DNA from: a virus | Taxonomy: Duplodnaviria; Caudoviricetes | DNA: 60,491 bases | IMG/VR virus record: IMGVR_UViG_3300028835_000602 | Span: 1-60,491 of that record | Reading direction: 5' to 3' (one strand) | Part shown: positions 7,666 to 15,973 of the stretch, in pieces | How positions within the stretch are numbered: position 1 is the stretch's first letter | How the letters are laid out: each line of letters opens with the position of its first letter | The notes under the pieces: model-generated | Told to the model about the DNA's origin: nothing | Database searches by the model: none | The model's input: only the letters and a program-made list of their open reading frames with translations | Made by a program: the position numbers and the translations under genes

Positions 7666-8724
7666 ATGCCGAGAAGGAAGCCGACGTTGATATCGACGTT
7701 CGCGGGCTGCGGGGGCAGCTCGCTGGGATATAGGTGGGCCGGGTACCGGGAACTGCTGGCCGTAGAGTGGGATCGGAACGCGGTCAAGACCTTCCGGCTG
7801 AACTTCCCGGACGTCCCAGTATGGGAGGAAGACATCGCCAGGCTCTCGGTCCGGGAGGCAATGCGGATAGCGGGCCTGAAGCAGAAGGGAGAGCTGGACC
7901 TGCTCGACGGGTCGCCGCCGTGCCAAGGGTTCTCCTCCTGCGGGATCAGAACCGCGATTGCAGACAGGACGAAGGACACCAGGAACCTCCTGTTCAGGCA
8001 CTTTACCAGGCTGCTCCGCGGACTCGGACCCCGGGCCTTCATCATGGAGAACGTCCCGGGGATGGTCCGCGGCAGGATGAAGGTCGTCTTCGCTAACATC
8101 ATGGGAGAGCTCGAGGCGGCCGGGTACAGGGTTGCCTGCAGGAGGCTGAATGCTAAGTGGTTCAATGTACCGCAGGACCGGACACGCCTGATTTTTATCG
8201 GAATCCGGAAGGACCTGAAAAGAGATCCGGTGTTCCCCGAGAATGGCGCAAGGATAATTACTGCAGCCGAAGCCCTGGATGGGATAGATCCAGGGGACGA
8301 AGTACCGTATCTCAATCTGGCATCGGGGAGAAAAATGGATGACTACGTACTCCGATACCTTAACAGACCGGGGGCCGTTCTGGACAGGATCTACAGGGAC
8401 GGGAAGGTCGTCTTCAAAGGAAAGTATTTCGCGTGGAGGAGACTGCACCCGAACAAGCCAGCGCCGACGATCGTCAGGGAAGACAGCAGCGGGATGAAAC
8501 TAATCCACTGGACGGAGCACAGGGGTCTGGGGATCCCGGAGGTCAAGGCCCTCTGCTCCTTCCCCCAGGACTTCCAGATGGCCGGGACATACAGGGAGAG
8601 GTACATGAGGCTCGGGAACTCCGTTATGCCGAGGTTCATGGAGGCAATTGCCCGGGAGGTCCGGAGGAGGATCCTCGAGAGGGCGCCGGTCTGGAAAGGG
8701 AAGAAGGCGGCAAAAAAGAAGTGA
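7666..8724 (+). CDS. DNA cytosine-5 methyltransferase
   Basis: FAGCGG, GSPPCQGFS, MENVPG, QDRTRLIFIG, LCSFP, LGNSV. Confidence 0.95.
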   Translation: MPRRKPTLISTFAGCGGSSLGYRWAGYRELLAVEWDRNAVKTFRLNFPDVPVWEEDIARLSVREAMRIAGLKQKGELDLLDGSPPCQGFSSCGIRTAIADRTKDTRNLLFRHFTRLLRGLGPRAFIMENVPGMVRGRMKVVFANIMGELEAAGYRVACRRLNAKWFNVPQDRTRLIFIGIRKDLKRDPVFPENGARIITAAEALDGIDPGDEVPYLNLASGRKMDDYVLRYLNRPGAVLDRIYRDGKVVFKGKYFAWRRLHPNKPAPTIVREDSSGMKLIHWTEHRGLGIPEVKALCSFPQDFQMAGTYRERYMRLGNSVMPRFMEAIAREVRRRILERAPVWKGKKAAKKK

Positions 8725-9587
8725 GCGACGGAGACTACATCGAAGGGATCTGCGTGGTCTGCGAGGAGGAAAAGGACGTTGACCCGCAGGACAAGACCTG
8801 CATCGACTGCTGGTCGGAGAAGGATGAGGTGGAGCGGCTGCGGAGGAAGGGGGTCAGCAAGGAGAAGGAGGAGGAGCCAGAGAGGATGAAGGGGAGATGC
8901 GAGGGGATCGAGGGCGTGGTACTGGTGGCGGGATGCAGAAGGAGCTGCAACCTGATCCCGGAGACGCACTTGTGTGTGCCGTGCCATGCCGATCACCTGA
9001 AGAGAAAGTTGCTGGGCGATGTCGGCCCGGAAGAGACCGGAGAAGGGGAACCACAACCGCCCGGAGAGGACCCGGGCAAAAAGAAGGAGGACGCGGAGAT
9101 GGTCAAGAACGAGAAGAAGAGGAAAAACAAGGTCGCCGTCTGCCTGAAGTGTGGCGAAGAAATAACGATCATAGGGCGGGGGCTCTGTGGCAAATGCTAT
9201 TGGCAGGAGCACCGGGCTGGGACCCTGGACGCCAACTACCCGAAGAAGAAGTCGTGGGGAAGGAAGAAGAAGGCCGCTTCGGCCAGCCCGCCCCCGGCAC
9301 CCCCGGAGGAGCCGGCCGAAACCGCCGAGGCAGTTCTGGAGAGGGCGAAAAAAATCCACGCTCCAGGTGCCCGCATGAGCAAGGCGGAGCTGGAGAAGTC
9401 CCTGCAGGAAAAATCGGGCTTCGACAAGGTGATGGAGGATGGGAACGTCGAGGAAGAGGTTGCCAGTATGACCAAGGCGATCAGGCGGCTGGCGGATGAG
9501 GTAAACAAGTGGAAGCGGATCGCGGCCGAGAGACAGGCAAAGCTCGAGCTGGTCCGAGACATGCTGACAGAGCAGGCCGAGAAGTAA
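8721..9587 (+). CDS. multi-CxxC zinc-finger/coiled-coil protein
   Basis: GTGA overlap with the upstream stop; several CxxC pairs; GRGLCGKCY. Confidence 0.65.
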   Translation: MSDGDYIEGICVVCEEEKDVDPQDKTCIDCWSEKDEVERLRRKGVSKEKEEEPERMKGRCEGIEGVVLVAGCRRSCNLIPETHLCVPCHADHLKRKLLGDVGPEETGEGEPQPPGEDPGKKKEDAEMVKNEKKRKNKVAVCLKCGEEITIIGRGLCGKCYWQEHRAGTLDANYPKKKSWGRKKKAASASPPPAPPEEPAETAEAVLERAKKIHAPGARMSKAELEKSLQEKSGFDKVMEDGNVEEEVASMTKAIRRLADEVNKWKRIAAERQAKLELVRDMLTEQAEK

Positions 9588-9621
9588 CAGGCAAAAAGGA
9601 CCAACCCTGAGGAGGAGACTG

Positions 9622-9807
9622 ATGGAAAAGGGACAGTTGAGTACACCATTGAAGAAAGGGAAACCCCCGGAGAGGAAGAAGATAAAGAGGATTCCAATTA
9701 AGGAGTTCCGCAAGGTGGGATTCCTATACGTCGCAAGGTTGAGGAAGAGCAAGGAAGCGGCCAGGCGAGGACTGCTCGGGTCAGTGATTCAACCTATACC
9801 GAAGTAG
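9622..9807 (+). CDS. small basic hypothetical protein
   Basis: RBS GAGGAG. Confidence 0.5.
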   Translation: MEKGQLSTPLKKGKPPERKKIKRIPIKEFRKVGFLYVARLRKSKEAARRGLLGSVIQPIPK

Positions 9808-9839
9808 AAGAAATAGAGCTTTTAGAGCACTAAAAGGAA

Positions 9840-10547
9840 ATGAAACCGGAGCAGCGAGAACAAACGATCGAGAAGGTCCTGGGACACCTCACAGAAGGCG
9901 TGAGCATCAAGGATGCGTGCCTCAAAGCCGGGACGAAGTATTCGACCTTCTGGAAGTGGCGGCAGGAGGACTCCGAGGAGCGGACAGCCGCCCCGGAGGA
10001 CACGCCGGCCCAGGGGAAGAGCATCGACGAGAGGATCATGGACGCCAAGGAGGAGGCGGGCCTTCGGAGGCTGATGGACGAGGCCAGTGAGGTGGAGAAG
10101 GCACTGATCCTGCGGGCCAAGGGGTTCAAGCAAGTCGAGGAGGAGTTCATCCCGGAGACAGACAAGGACGGGAACATTGTCTACGAGGACGGGGATGGGA
10201 ACATTGTCTCCGCCAAGAGCGGGGTTCCCAGGGGCGCGAAGCCGCGGCTGATTCTGAAGAAGCGGAAGGAGAAGACGATCGCTCCGAGCGTGACGGCGAT
10301 CGCCCTGGCCCTGGTCAACATGGCGAAGTCGAAGCTGACGACGATCGAGTGGAAAAACGTGTGGGACGTCGCGCTGGACGACGAGACGAAAGAGGACCTG
10401 ATGGCGCTGTTCCGGAGGCTGGCCGTAGAAGACCGGGAAAAGGAGGCCGATGAGCCACCTGCGAAGTGTGATAAAAAGAAGGGAGAGCTTGGCACAGAGG
10501 CGAGCTCGAAAGTCATACGACGAAAGCGTGTGGAGGAAATTCTCTGA
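9840..10547 (+). CDS. terS: terminase small subunit
   Basis: N-terminal HTH, VEKALILRAKG, APSVTAI; directly upstream of terL. Confidence 0.75.
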   Translation: MKPEQREQTIEKVLGHLTEGVSIKDACLKAGTKYSTFWKWRQEDSEERTAAPEDTPAQGKSIDERIMDAKEEAGLRRLMDEASEVEKALILRAKGFKQVEEEFIPETDKDGNIVYEDGDGNIVSAKSGVPRGAKPRLILKKRKEKTIAPSVTAIALALVNMAKSKLTTIEWKNVWDVALDDETKEDLMALFRRLAVEDREKEADEPPAKCDKKKGELGTEASSKVIRRKRVEEIL

Positions 10548-11952
10548 GAGGATGAACGAGTGGAGGAGGGTCCCGGAGATCTTCTTTAGCGAGATCCTGG
10601 GGGCTCAGGAGGTAGACCCGTTCCAGATCGAAACGATGCACGCCGTCCGGGACTATCCCCAGGTCGATGTGAAGTGCGGAAACGAGGTGGGGAAGACCTG
10701 GGTCTTCGCCGGGATCGCGGTCTGGTTCCTGACGGTTTACGGACCGAACGCATCAGTGATCGTGACATCCTCGACGGATCGGCAACTCTGGCATCAATTC
10801 TGGCCGGAGGTCCGGTCCTTCTACTACAACGCCCCGATCCGGCTGCCCGGCCGGGTGATGGAGTCAAAGCGGTGGGAGGTGAGCAAGGAGGAAAAGTGGT
10901 TCATGCTCGGCTTCGCCACCAGCAACGAGGCCAACTTCGAGGGGTGGCATAACGTCAATCAGCTCCTGATCATGGATGAGGCGAAGGGGATCCCGGACCC
11001 GGTCTGGAAGTCTGGCCGACGGCTCCTACGGGGAAAGGGGGGCGTAAAGAAGTGGCTGGTTGGCGGGACCCCCCCTCGTGCCCCGATCGGCGAGTTCTGC
11101 GAGATCTCCCTGGACCCGAAGAAAGCGGCCCGCTGGCACCATATCCATTGCACGGGCTGGAATAGCCCACGAGTCAGCAATGTGGAGTGCCAGAAGGACC
11201 TGGACCTACATAGGGCGGACAGTCCATTCTACCTCTCGATGGTAATGGGACAGATCCCGACGAAGGTGGCCGGGATGCTGGTCTCGATGGAAGATGTGCA
11301 GAGGGCCTGCGACCGGGAAATAAGACCGGGGAAAAGGGACGAGGTCCGCTTGAGTTGCGACGTGGCCCGGGAGGGGACGGATGAGACGGCGATCGGACTG
11401 CGCCAGGGGCTGCATATCGAGAAGTTCATCCACGAGGGGAAGGATCGGACAACCTGGTCAACGGCCAGGCTGAAGGAATTGGCCCGGAGGTTCGAGAGCC
11501 CGAAGGAGATCCCGATGTTCATTGACGACACCGGGGTCGGGGGGGGCGTGACGGACCAGCTGATCGCCGATGACTACTTCGCAGTCCCGTTTAAGTTCGG
11601 AAAGCGAGCCCACGATCCAACCAGGTACTACGACGCCGGCACGGAGATGTTCGCCGATTTCGGGAAGATCCTGGAAACGGAGGAGGTCGACCTGCCAAAT
11701 GACCCGGTGTTGAAGGCACAGCTCTGGTCGAGGACAAAGGTCTTCTACAAGCAAAAAGGGAAGCACGGGGCGGTGACAAAGCTCTTGTCAAAAGAGGAAC
11801 TGAAGAAGCACCCGGAATTCAGAGGAAAGAAATTTGACCAGGCGGACGCAGTAGGGATGTTGTTCGCCCAGTTCCCTCCGTACGAAGAGGATGAGACAGA
11901 TGTTGACCTGATGGGAACCGAGGATTTGATCCGGGAAGTTAAGGCTAAGTAA
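10450..11952 (+). CDS. terL: terminase large subunit
   Basis: Walker A GNEVGKT, Walker B LLIMDEA, RNase H-like CDVAREGTD, IDDTGVGGGVTD, DQADA. Confidence 0.95.
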   Translation: MSHLRSVIKRRESLAQRRARKSYDESVWRKFSERMNEWRRVPEIFFSEILGAQEVDPFQIETMHAVRDYPQVDVKCGNEVGKTWVFAGIAVWFLTVYGPNASVIVTSSTDRQLWHQFWPEVRSFYYNAPIRLPGRVMESKRWEVSKEEKWFMLGFATSNEANFEGWHNVNQLLIMDEAKGIPDPVWKSGRRLLRGKGGVKKWLVGGTPPRAPIGEFCEISLDPKKAARWHHIHCTGWNSPRVSNVECQKDLDLHRADSPFYLSMVMGQIPTKVAGMLVSMEDVQRACDREIRPGKRDEVRLSCDVAREGTDETAIGLRQGLHIEKFIHEGKDRTTWSTARLKELARRFESPKEIPMFIDDTGVGGGVTDQLIADDYFAVPFKFGKRAHDPTRYYDAGTEMFADFGKILETEEVDLPNDPVLKAQLWSRTKVFYKQKGKHGAVTKLLSKEELKKHPEFRGKKFDQADAVGMLFAQFPPYEEDETDVDLMGTEDLIREVKAK

Positions 11953-11960
11953 AAAAACCC

Positions 11961-11989
11961 TTGCGCAAAATTAAGGGGAGTGATAAAAC
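11961..11989 (+). promoter_or_regulatory. putative promoter for the head operon
   Basis: A tract, TTGCGC-17 nt-TAAAAC with an extended TG. Confidence 0.45.
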
Positions 11990-12024
11990 GCCCCCCTCAC
12001 CGAATCCCATCCAAGGAGGACGCC

Positions 12025-12327
12025 ATGTTGGAAGTACCGAGGTATAAGGTCTGCAGATGCGACAGGGCGAGGATCCACCTGTGCGAGAACCCGATGGCCT
12101 TCGAGGAATCGAACTTCTGCGGATACTGCGGGAATAAGATCCAGGAGGAGCCGGCGAAGGTCTTCCTCGGCGTCTACTTCCTGCCGCCGTTCCCGGATCC
12201 GAAGAGGGGCGAGGTACAACAGGCTGCGGCGACGAGACAGCCGGTCATGATCTCGATCGAGGAGCTAAAAAAGCTGCTGATGAATGTAGACCCCCAGATC
12301 TATTTCAGAATAGACTCCAAAAAATAG
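12025..12327 (+). CDS. zinc-ribbon protein
   Basis: CRC...C...FCGYCG; RBS AAGGAGG. Confidence 0.7.
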   Translation: MLEVPRYKVCRCDRARIHLCENPMAFEESNFCGYCGNKIQEEPAKVFLGVYFLPPFPDPKRGEVQQAAATRQPVMISIEELKKLLMNVDPQIYFRIDSKK

Positions 12328-12368
12328 CCCTCCGGTTGTGAACCCCGCCCATACTTAGGGAGGAAAGC

Positions 12369-14060
12369 ATGGCAAGGAAAAGACGGCTCAGGTTCTCGAT
12401 ATTCCACCGTCGAGAAAACCAAGAGAACGAGGACGACGGGAAGACCGGTAAAGACACGGCGCGGAAGATCGAAGCCGGCCAGAAGTCGCGGCCATCTTTA
12501 AGCCTCTACCTCCGACCCGGCAGAAAGATAATGGGGATAGTTCCCCGCCGGAATATCATCTACGACGTAGACGTCGAACAGCTGAAGAGGCTATCGACGT
12601 CGACCCTCCTAAAGAACCTGGTCAACATTTCCCCCGAGGCATCAATGGCGCTGTGGATCTTCATGCGCCTTTGTTCCGACGATACCTTGATCCACGTGAC
12701 GGACCTTAAGGGAAACGACTTTCCCCGCGGCCAGGCCTACATCGACGAGGTGGTGGCGAGGATCAGCCATGACCGCGGAGGCTTCCAGACGCTTGAGGGC
12801 CAGTTCTTCCGGACCACCTACACCCAGGCCGCAACAGCCCCCGAGGTTGTGTTAATGGAAAACCTCCGGGACACGAAGGACATTGTCGCAGTGGACCCCG
12901 GCAGCATCACCTTCTTCGAGCAGACGGAGGAGGACGGGACGATCAGGTACATCCCGAAGCAGATGGGGGGAGGCCAGGGGGGATGGGTCAGCCTGGACAA
13001 ACAGGGCTTCTACTACGTACCGATGGACCCGGACATCGGGGACCCCTACGGGGTATCGCCCCAGGTTTCGATGCTCCAGGTGGTCTTCTTCGACCTGCAG
13101 ATCCTGGCGGACCTCCAAAGAGTGACCCATAACCAGGGGAACCCGCGGCTCCACTTCAAAGTCGTCGAGAAGATAATCGCAAAGAACGCGCCGGTGAAGA
13201 TCCAGAACAACCCGAAGGCGCTGAGGAAATATATCGAGGACTACCTGGACAAGCTGCAGATCCGGATCGACAAGATGGAACCGGACGACAGCTACCTGAC
13301 GACGGACGCGACGGAGATCGAGGAGAAGGGCGGCAGCGGGAAGTCGGCCATCTCAGCAAAGATCCTGATGGACCTGCTGAAGTCGAAGATCGCCAACGGG
13401 TTAAAAACGCTGTCAATCTTCTTGAACATGCACACCGGGAAGACCGAGAGCTGGGGTTCGATCGAGTGGATGATCCAGATCGCCTCGGTGGACTCGATCC
13501 GGAGGGTGGTGAAGTCGGGGTTAGACTCGGCCCTGACTTTCGCACTTCAGGTAAAGGGGCTCCAGGGGAAGGTATCAAGGATCTACAAACCGATCCCGCT
13601 CTACAGCCGGAAACAGGCCGAGGAAGCAGACCTGGCTAAGACCCGGAGGATCCTCTTGTCAGTGAAGTACGGAATCATCGGCCCGGACGAGGCGGCAAAG
13701 GAGCTCTTCGGCATCGAGAAGGCGACAGGGGAACCAATGCTGGAGTTGGACGATACTCTGCTGATGAGGGCCAGCGCCATAGTTGGCCCGGAGGAGACCG
13801 CAGCCCGACTGGAGAGCGTGGAGTCGATGATAGTCGGGAGAGGATGGAAACCAGAGGATAGGACCAGATCAGTCAGCTCAGCAAAAAACACGATGGCGAC
13901 AGGCCCCAGGGGCGACAGGCTGCAGACGGTGAAGCGGAGCAAGGTCGACGACCTGATCAGATCCTACGAGCGGGACCTGGAGAGAACGATGCGCCGGACC
14001 ACGCGGCAGGTCGAGGACGTCACCCTGGAGAACCTGGAACTCGAGGGGGATGAAGAATGA
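12369..14060 (+). CDS. portal protein
   Basis: Position after terL, 563 aa, DPYGVSP motif. Confidence 0.85.
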   Translation: MARKRRLRFSIFHRRENQENEDDGKTGKDTARKIEAGQKSRPSLSLYLRPGRKIMGIVPRRNIIYDVDVEQLKRLSTSTLLKNLVNISPEASMALWIFMRLCSDDTLIHVTDLKGNDFPRGQAYIDEVVARISHDRGGFQTLEGQFFRTTYTQAATAPEVVLMENLRDTKDIVAVDPGSITFFEQTEEDGTIRYIPKQMGGGQGGWVSLDKQGFYYVPMDPDIGDPYGVSPQVSMLQVVFFDLQILADLQRVTHNQGNPRLHFKVVEKIIAKNAPVKIQNNPKALRKYIEDYLDKLQIRIDKMEPDDSYLTTDATEIEEKGGSGKSAISAKILMDLLKSKIANGLKTLSIFLNMHTGKTESWGSIEWMIQIASVDSIRRVVKSGLDSALTFALQVKGLQGKVSRIYKPIPLYSRKQAEEADLAKTRRILLSVKYGIIGPDEAAKELFGIEKATGEPMLELDDTLLMRASAIVGPEETAARLESVESMIVGRGWKPEDRTRSVSSAKNTMATGPRGDRLQTVKRSKVDDLIRSYERDLERTMRRTTRQVEDVTLENLELEGDEE

Positions 14061-14115
14061 GGCGGACAAAGCAGGATGACGGTGTTAAAGGACGCGATGG
14101 AGGAAAGGACGTAAG

Positions 14116-14298
14116 ATGAACGAGCTGACAATAGCCGTTATCATAACTTCAATAATCCTTCTCATTCTCGGGCTCATAGTGGGCGGCAAAAACCGAAGGT
14201 TGAGCGCCCCTGACAGACCGCCTTGTCCTTACGACTATGGCAGGGTTCAAGAGCTTGAGACAAACCCGGATGGCCTTCAGGCATCGGAGGAGGATTAA
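14116..14298 (+). CDS. small membrane protein
   Basis: N-terminal TM helix; RBS GGAGG/AAGGA. Confidence 0.6.
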   Translation: MNELTIAVIITSIILLILGLIVGGKNRRLSAPDRPPCPYDYGRVQELETNPDGLQASEED

Positions 14299-14352
14299 GA
14301 TGGACCCCGACGACACAAGAGATCCGGAGCCAGACTACTGGGAGCAGTGGTA

Positions 14353-14592
14353 ATGAGCCGAAAGGAACCATCAGCAGAGAGAGAGTTCTGGACGCAGGCC
14401 GGGTTGATCGCCGTCAAGCTGATCCTCCCTCGGTTAATCGCCTTGGTCTTTGGGGATGGCAACCCTAAAAAGAAGAAAAGGATCAGGGGCCGGACGAGGT
14501 ACCAGATTGATAAGAGGCTGGAAGCCAGTCGAATCAGAGCGGCCGCATGCAGACCATACGACTACAACTTCCCGGAGGACTTCGCAACATGA
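14353..14592 (+). CDS. hypothetical protein
   Basis: TAATG coupling to the upstream micro-ORF. Confidence 0.5.
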   Translation: MSRKEPSAEREFWTQAGLIAVKLILPRLIALVFGDGNPKKKKRIRGRTRYQIDKRLEASRIRAAACRPYDYNFPEDFAT

Positions 14593-14786
14593 AGGGGAAA
14601 CTCGTCACGAGGGTTGTGTTAATCGGAGCAGAGTCAAAATGGGACACCGAGGCCCATCAGAAAGCGAAGTACCGGGGCTGCCAAAAGTGCGAAGTGCCAG
14701 GGATGGACCGGGTAGCCTTCTTTAAAAATACACCAATAACCAGGGAAACCGGAGCAACCTACGACAGGCCAGTGAACGGATCGTGA
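14589..14786 (+). CDS. hypothetical protein (CxxC)
   Basis: ATGA overlap; RBS GGAGG. Confidence 0.55.
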   Translation: MKGKLVTRVVLIGAESKWDTEAHQKAKYRGCQKCEVPGMDRVAFFKNTPITRETGATYDRPVNGS

Positions 14787-15400
14787 AGATCGAGAACGCA
14801 AACCAGAAATCGACCGCAGTGGCAGCGATCCTGGCGTCCGGCCAGCGGGAAGTGGAGATCCTTGAGGAGCAATACTTCGCAGAGGCCTACGAACTGGGGA
14901 TGGTCTCAGCCGACGAGATAGCCGAGTTCGGCCGGGAGATGTCAGCAGCCACAGCGGCCAGCCGGGTAGGGGAAATGACGGAGGAGGAGAGAGGATATAC
15001 GGCCGGCTGGTTCGGAGCGATCCAGAAAGACGTCGACCGGGCTCTTGAGGGGGACTACGCAGACAAAGCCGCGGCAGGGAAAGCACTCAGGACCGCGGCA
15101 ACGAAGAAGCTGTTCCGGGTAGCGGCCTACGCCGGCGCCGCCCACAAGGTCTTGTTCAAGGGATTCAAGGAAGAAATGATCCTCCAGCGGGTGAACCTGG
15201 CGGCGAAGGCAGTTGTGGTCGAGGCGCTATTCACGGCGTTTCCGGAGGCGGATGTAATCGAGACATCATGCTTCGGCTGCCCCGGAGCGGTGGACGGGAA
15301 CCCCTATACCCCATCAACAGTACCATCCCCGGGAGAGTTTGAGTGCCTTACCAAGTGTAGACACTGGATCATGTATAGGAAAAAGCTTATTCAAAGCTAA
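14783..15400 (+). CDS. head morphogenesis/minor head protein (SPP1 gp7/Mu gpF-like)
   Basis: C-terminal CFGC...PSPG..ECLTKCRH; lies between portal and protease. Confidence 0.6.
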   Translation: MKIENANQKSTAVAAILASGQREVEILEEQYFAEAYELGMVSADEIAEFGREMSAATAASRVGEMTEEERGYTAGWFGAIQKDVDRALEGDYADKAAAGKALRTAATKKLFRVAAYAGAAHKVLFKGFKEEMILQRVNLAAKAVVVEALFTAFPEADVIETSCFGCPGAVDGNPYTPSTVPSPGEFECLTKCRHWIMYRKKLIQS

Positions 15401-15404
15401 AAAG

Positions 15405-15497
15405 AAGCTAACGGGGAGCCCCCCGGTACCCCCTACCCGGGGGTACAAGGAAAAGGAAAAGGAACAGGAGAAGGTAAAGGTAAAGGTAAAGGAGAAA
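15405..15497 (+). repeat. origin-like element, copy A
   Basis: AAGCTAACGGGGAGCCCC-12 nt-ACCCGGGGGTACAAGGA followed by purine-rich hexamers; inverted copy at 45862-45967. Confidence 0.9.
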
Positions 15498-15504
15498 GAA
15501 AGAG

Positions 15505-15834
15505 ATGATACCCGAGGGATATGCGAAGACCGCCTGTGAGCTTGCCGATGATTTTAAGTTGATCGAGTTACCAAAGGGAGCTAAGTATAAGATAAAAATT
15601 CGGGAAGCTGGCATACCGGAGATCTTCATTAAACTATCGAACGGAAGGATAGAGAGGAGATGGCTGGAGATCGTTGAATTTGCGGAAGGTGAAGTCGAGA
15701 ATCCATCCGGAAAGATGGCACCCCTCGCAAAGGTGGTGAAGCCGGGAGATCTTCGCGAGGTGAACCAGTCGGGCCGTTTCGGTTGTGGACCACGCCCATA
15801 TATAGGCAATGAATGCATTCGTCGTACAAGCTGA
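15505..15834 (+). CDS. hypothetical protein
   Basis: ORF track; purine-rich leader. Confidence 0.55.
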   Translation: MIPEGYAKTACELADDFKLIELPKGAKYKIKIREAGIPEIFIKLSNGRIERRWLEIVEFAEGEVENPSGKMAPLAKVVKPGDLREVNQSGRFGCGPRPYIGNECIRRTS

Positions 15835-15973
15835 TGGCAAGAAGAAGTCGGTGGTACTGTTCCCGGACGACATCGGCGGGGGCCGGATAAAGAAGCAGGT
15901 GATCCCCGCCAAGGACGGGAAGAAAGGAACAATAAGAATAACCAGGCAATTCAGAGACGGGGGGAACAGATAA
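15809..15973 (+). CDS. small hypothetical protein
   Basis: Manual translation MNAFVVQADGKKKSVVLF...; TAATG-coupled to the protease gene. Confidence 0.45.
   Translation: MNAFVVQADGKKKSVVLFPDDIGGGRIKKQVIPAKDGKKGTIRITRQFRDGGNR

Noticed and set aside
15339-15539. ORF encoding KEKEKEQEKVKVK
   Set aside because: It overlaps both neighbours, and the same DNA recurs at 45.9 kb directly after an in-frame stop; better explained as a cis element
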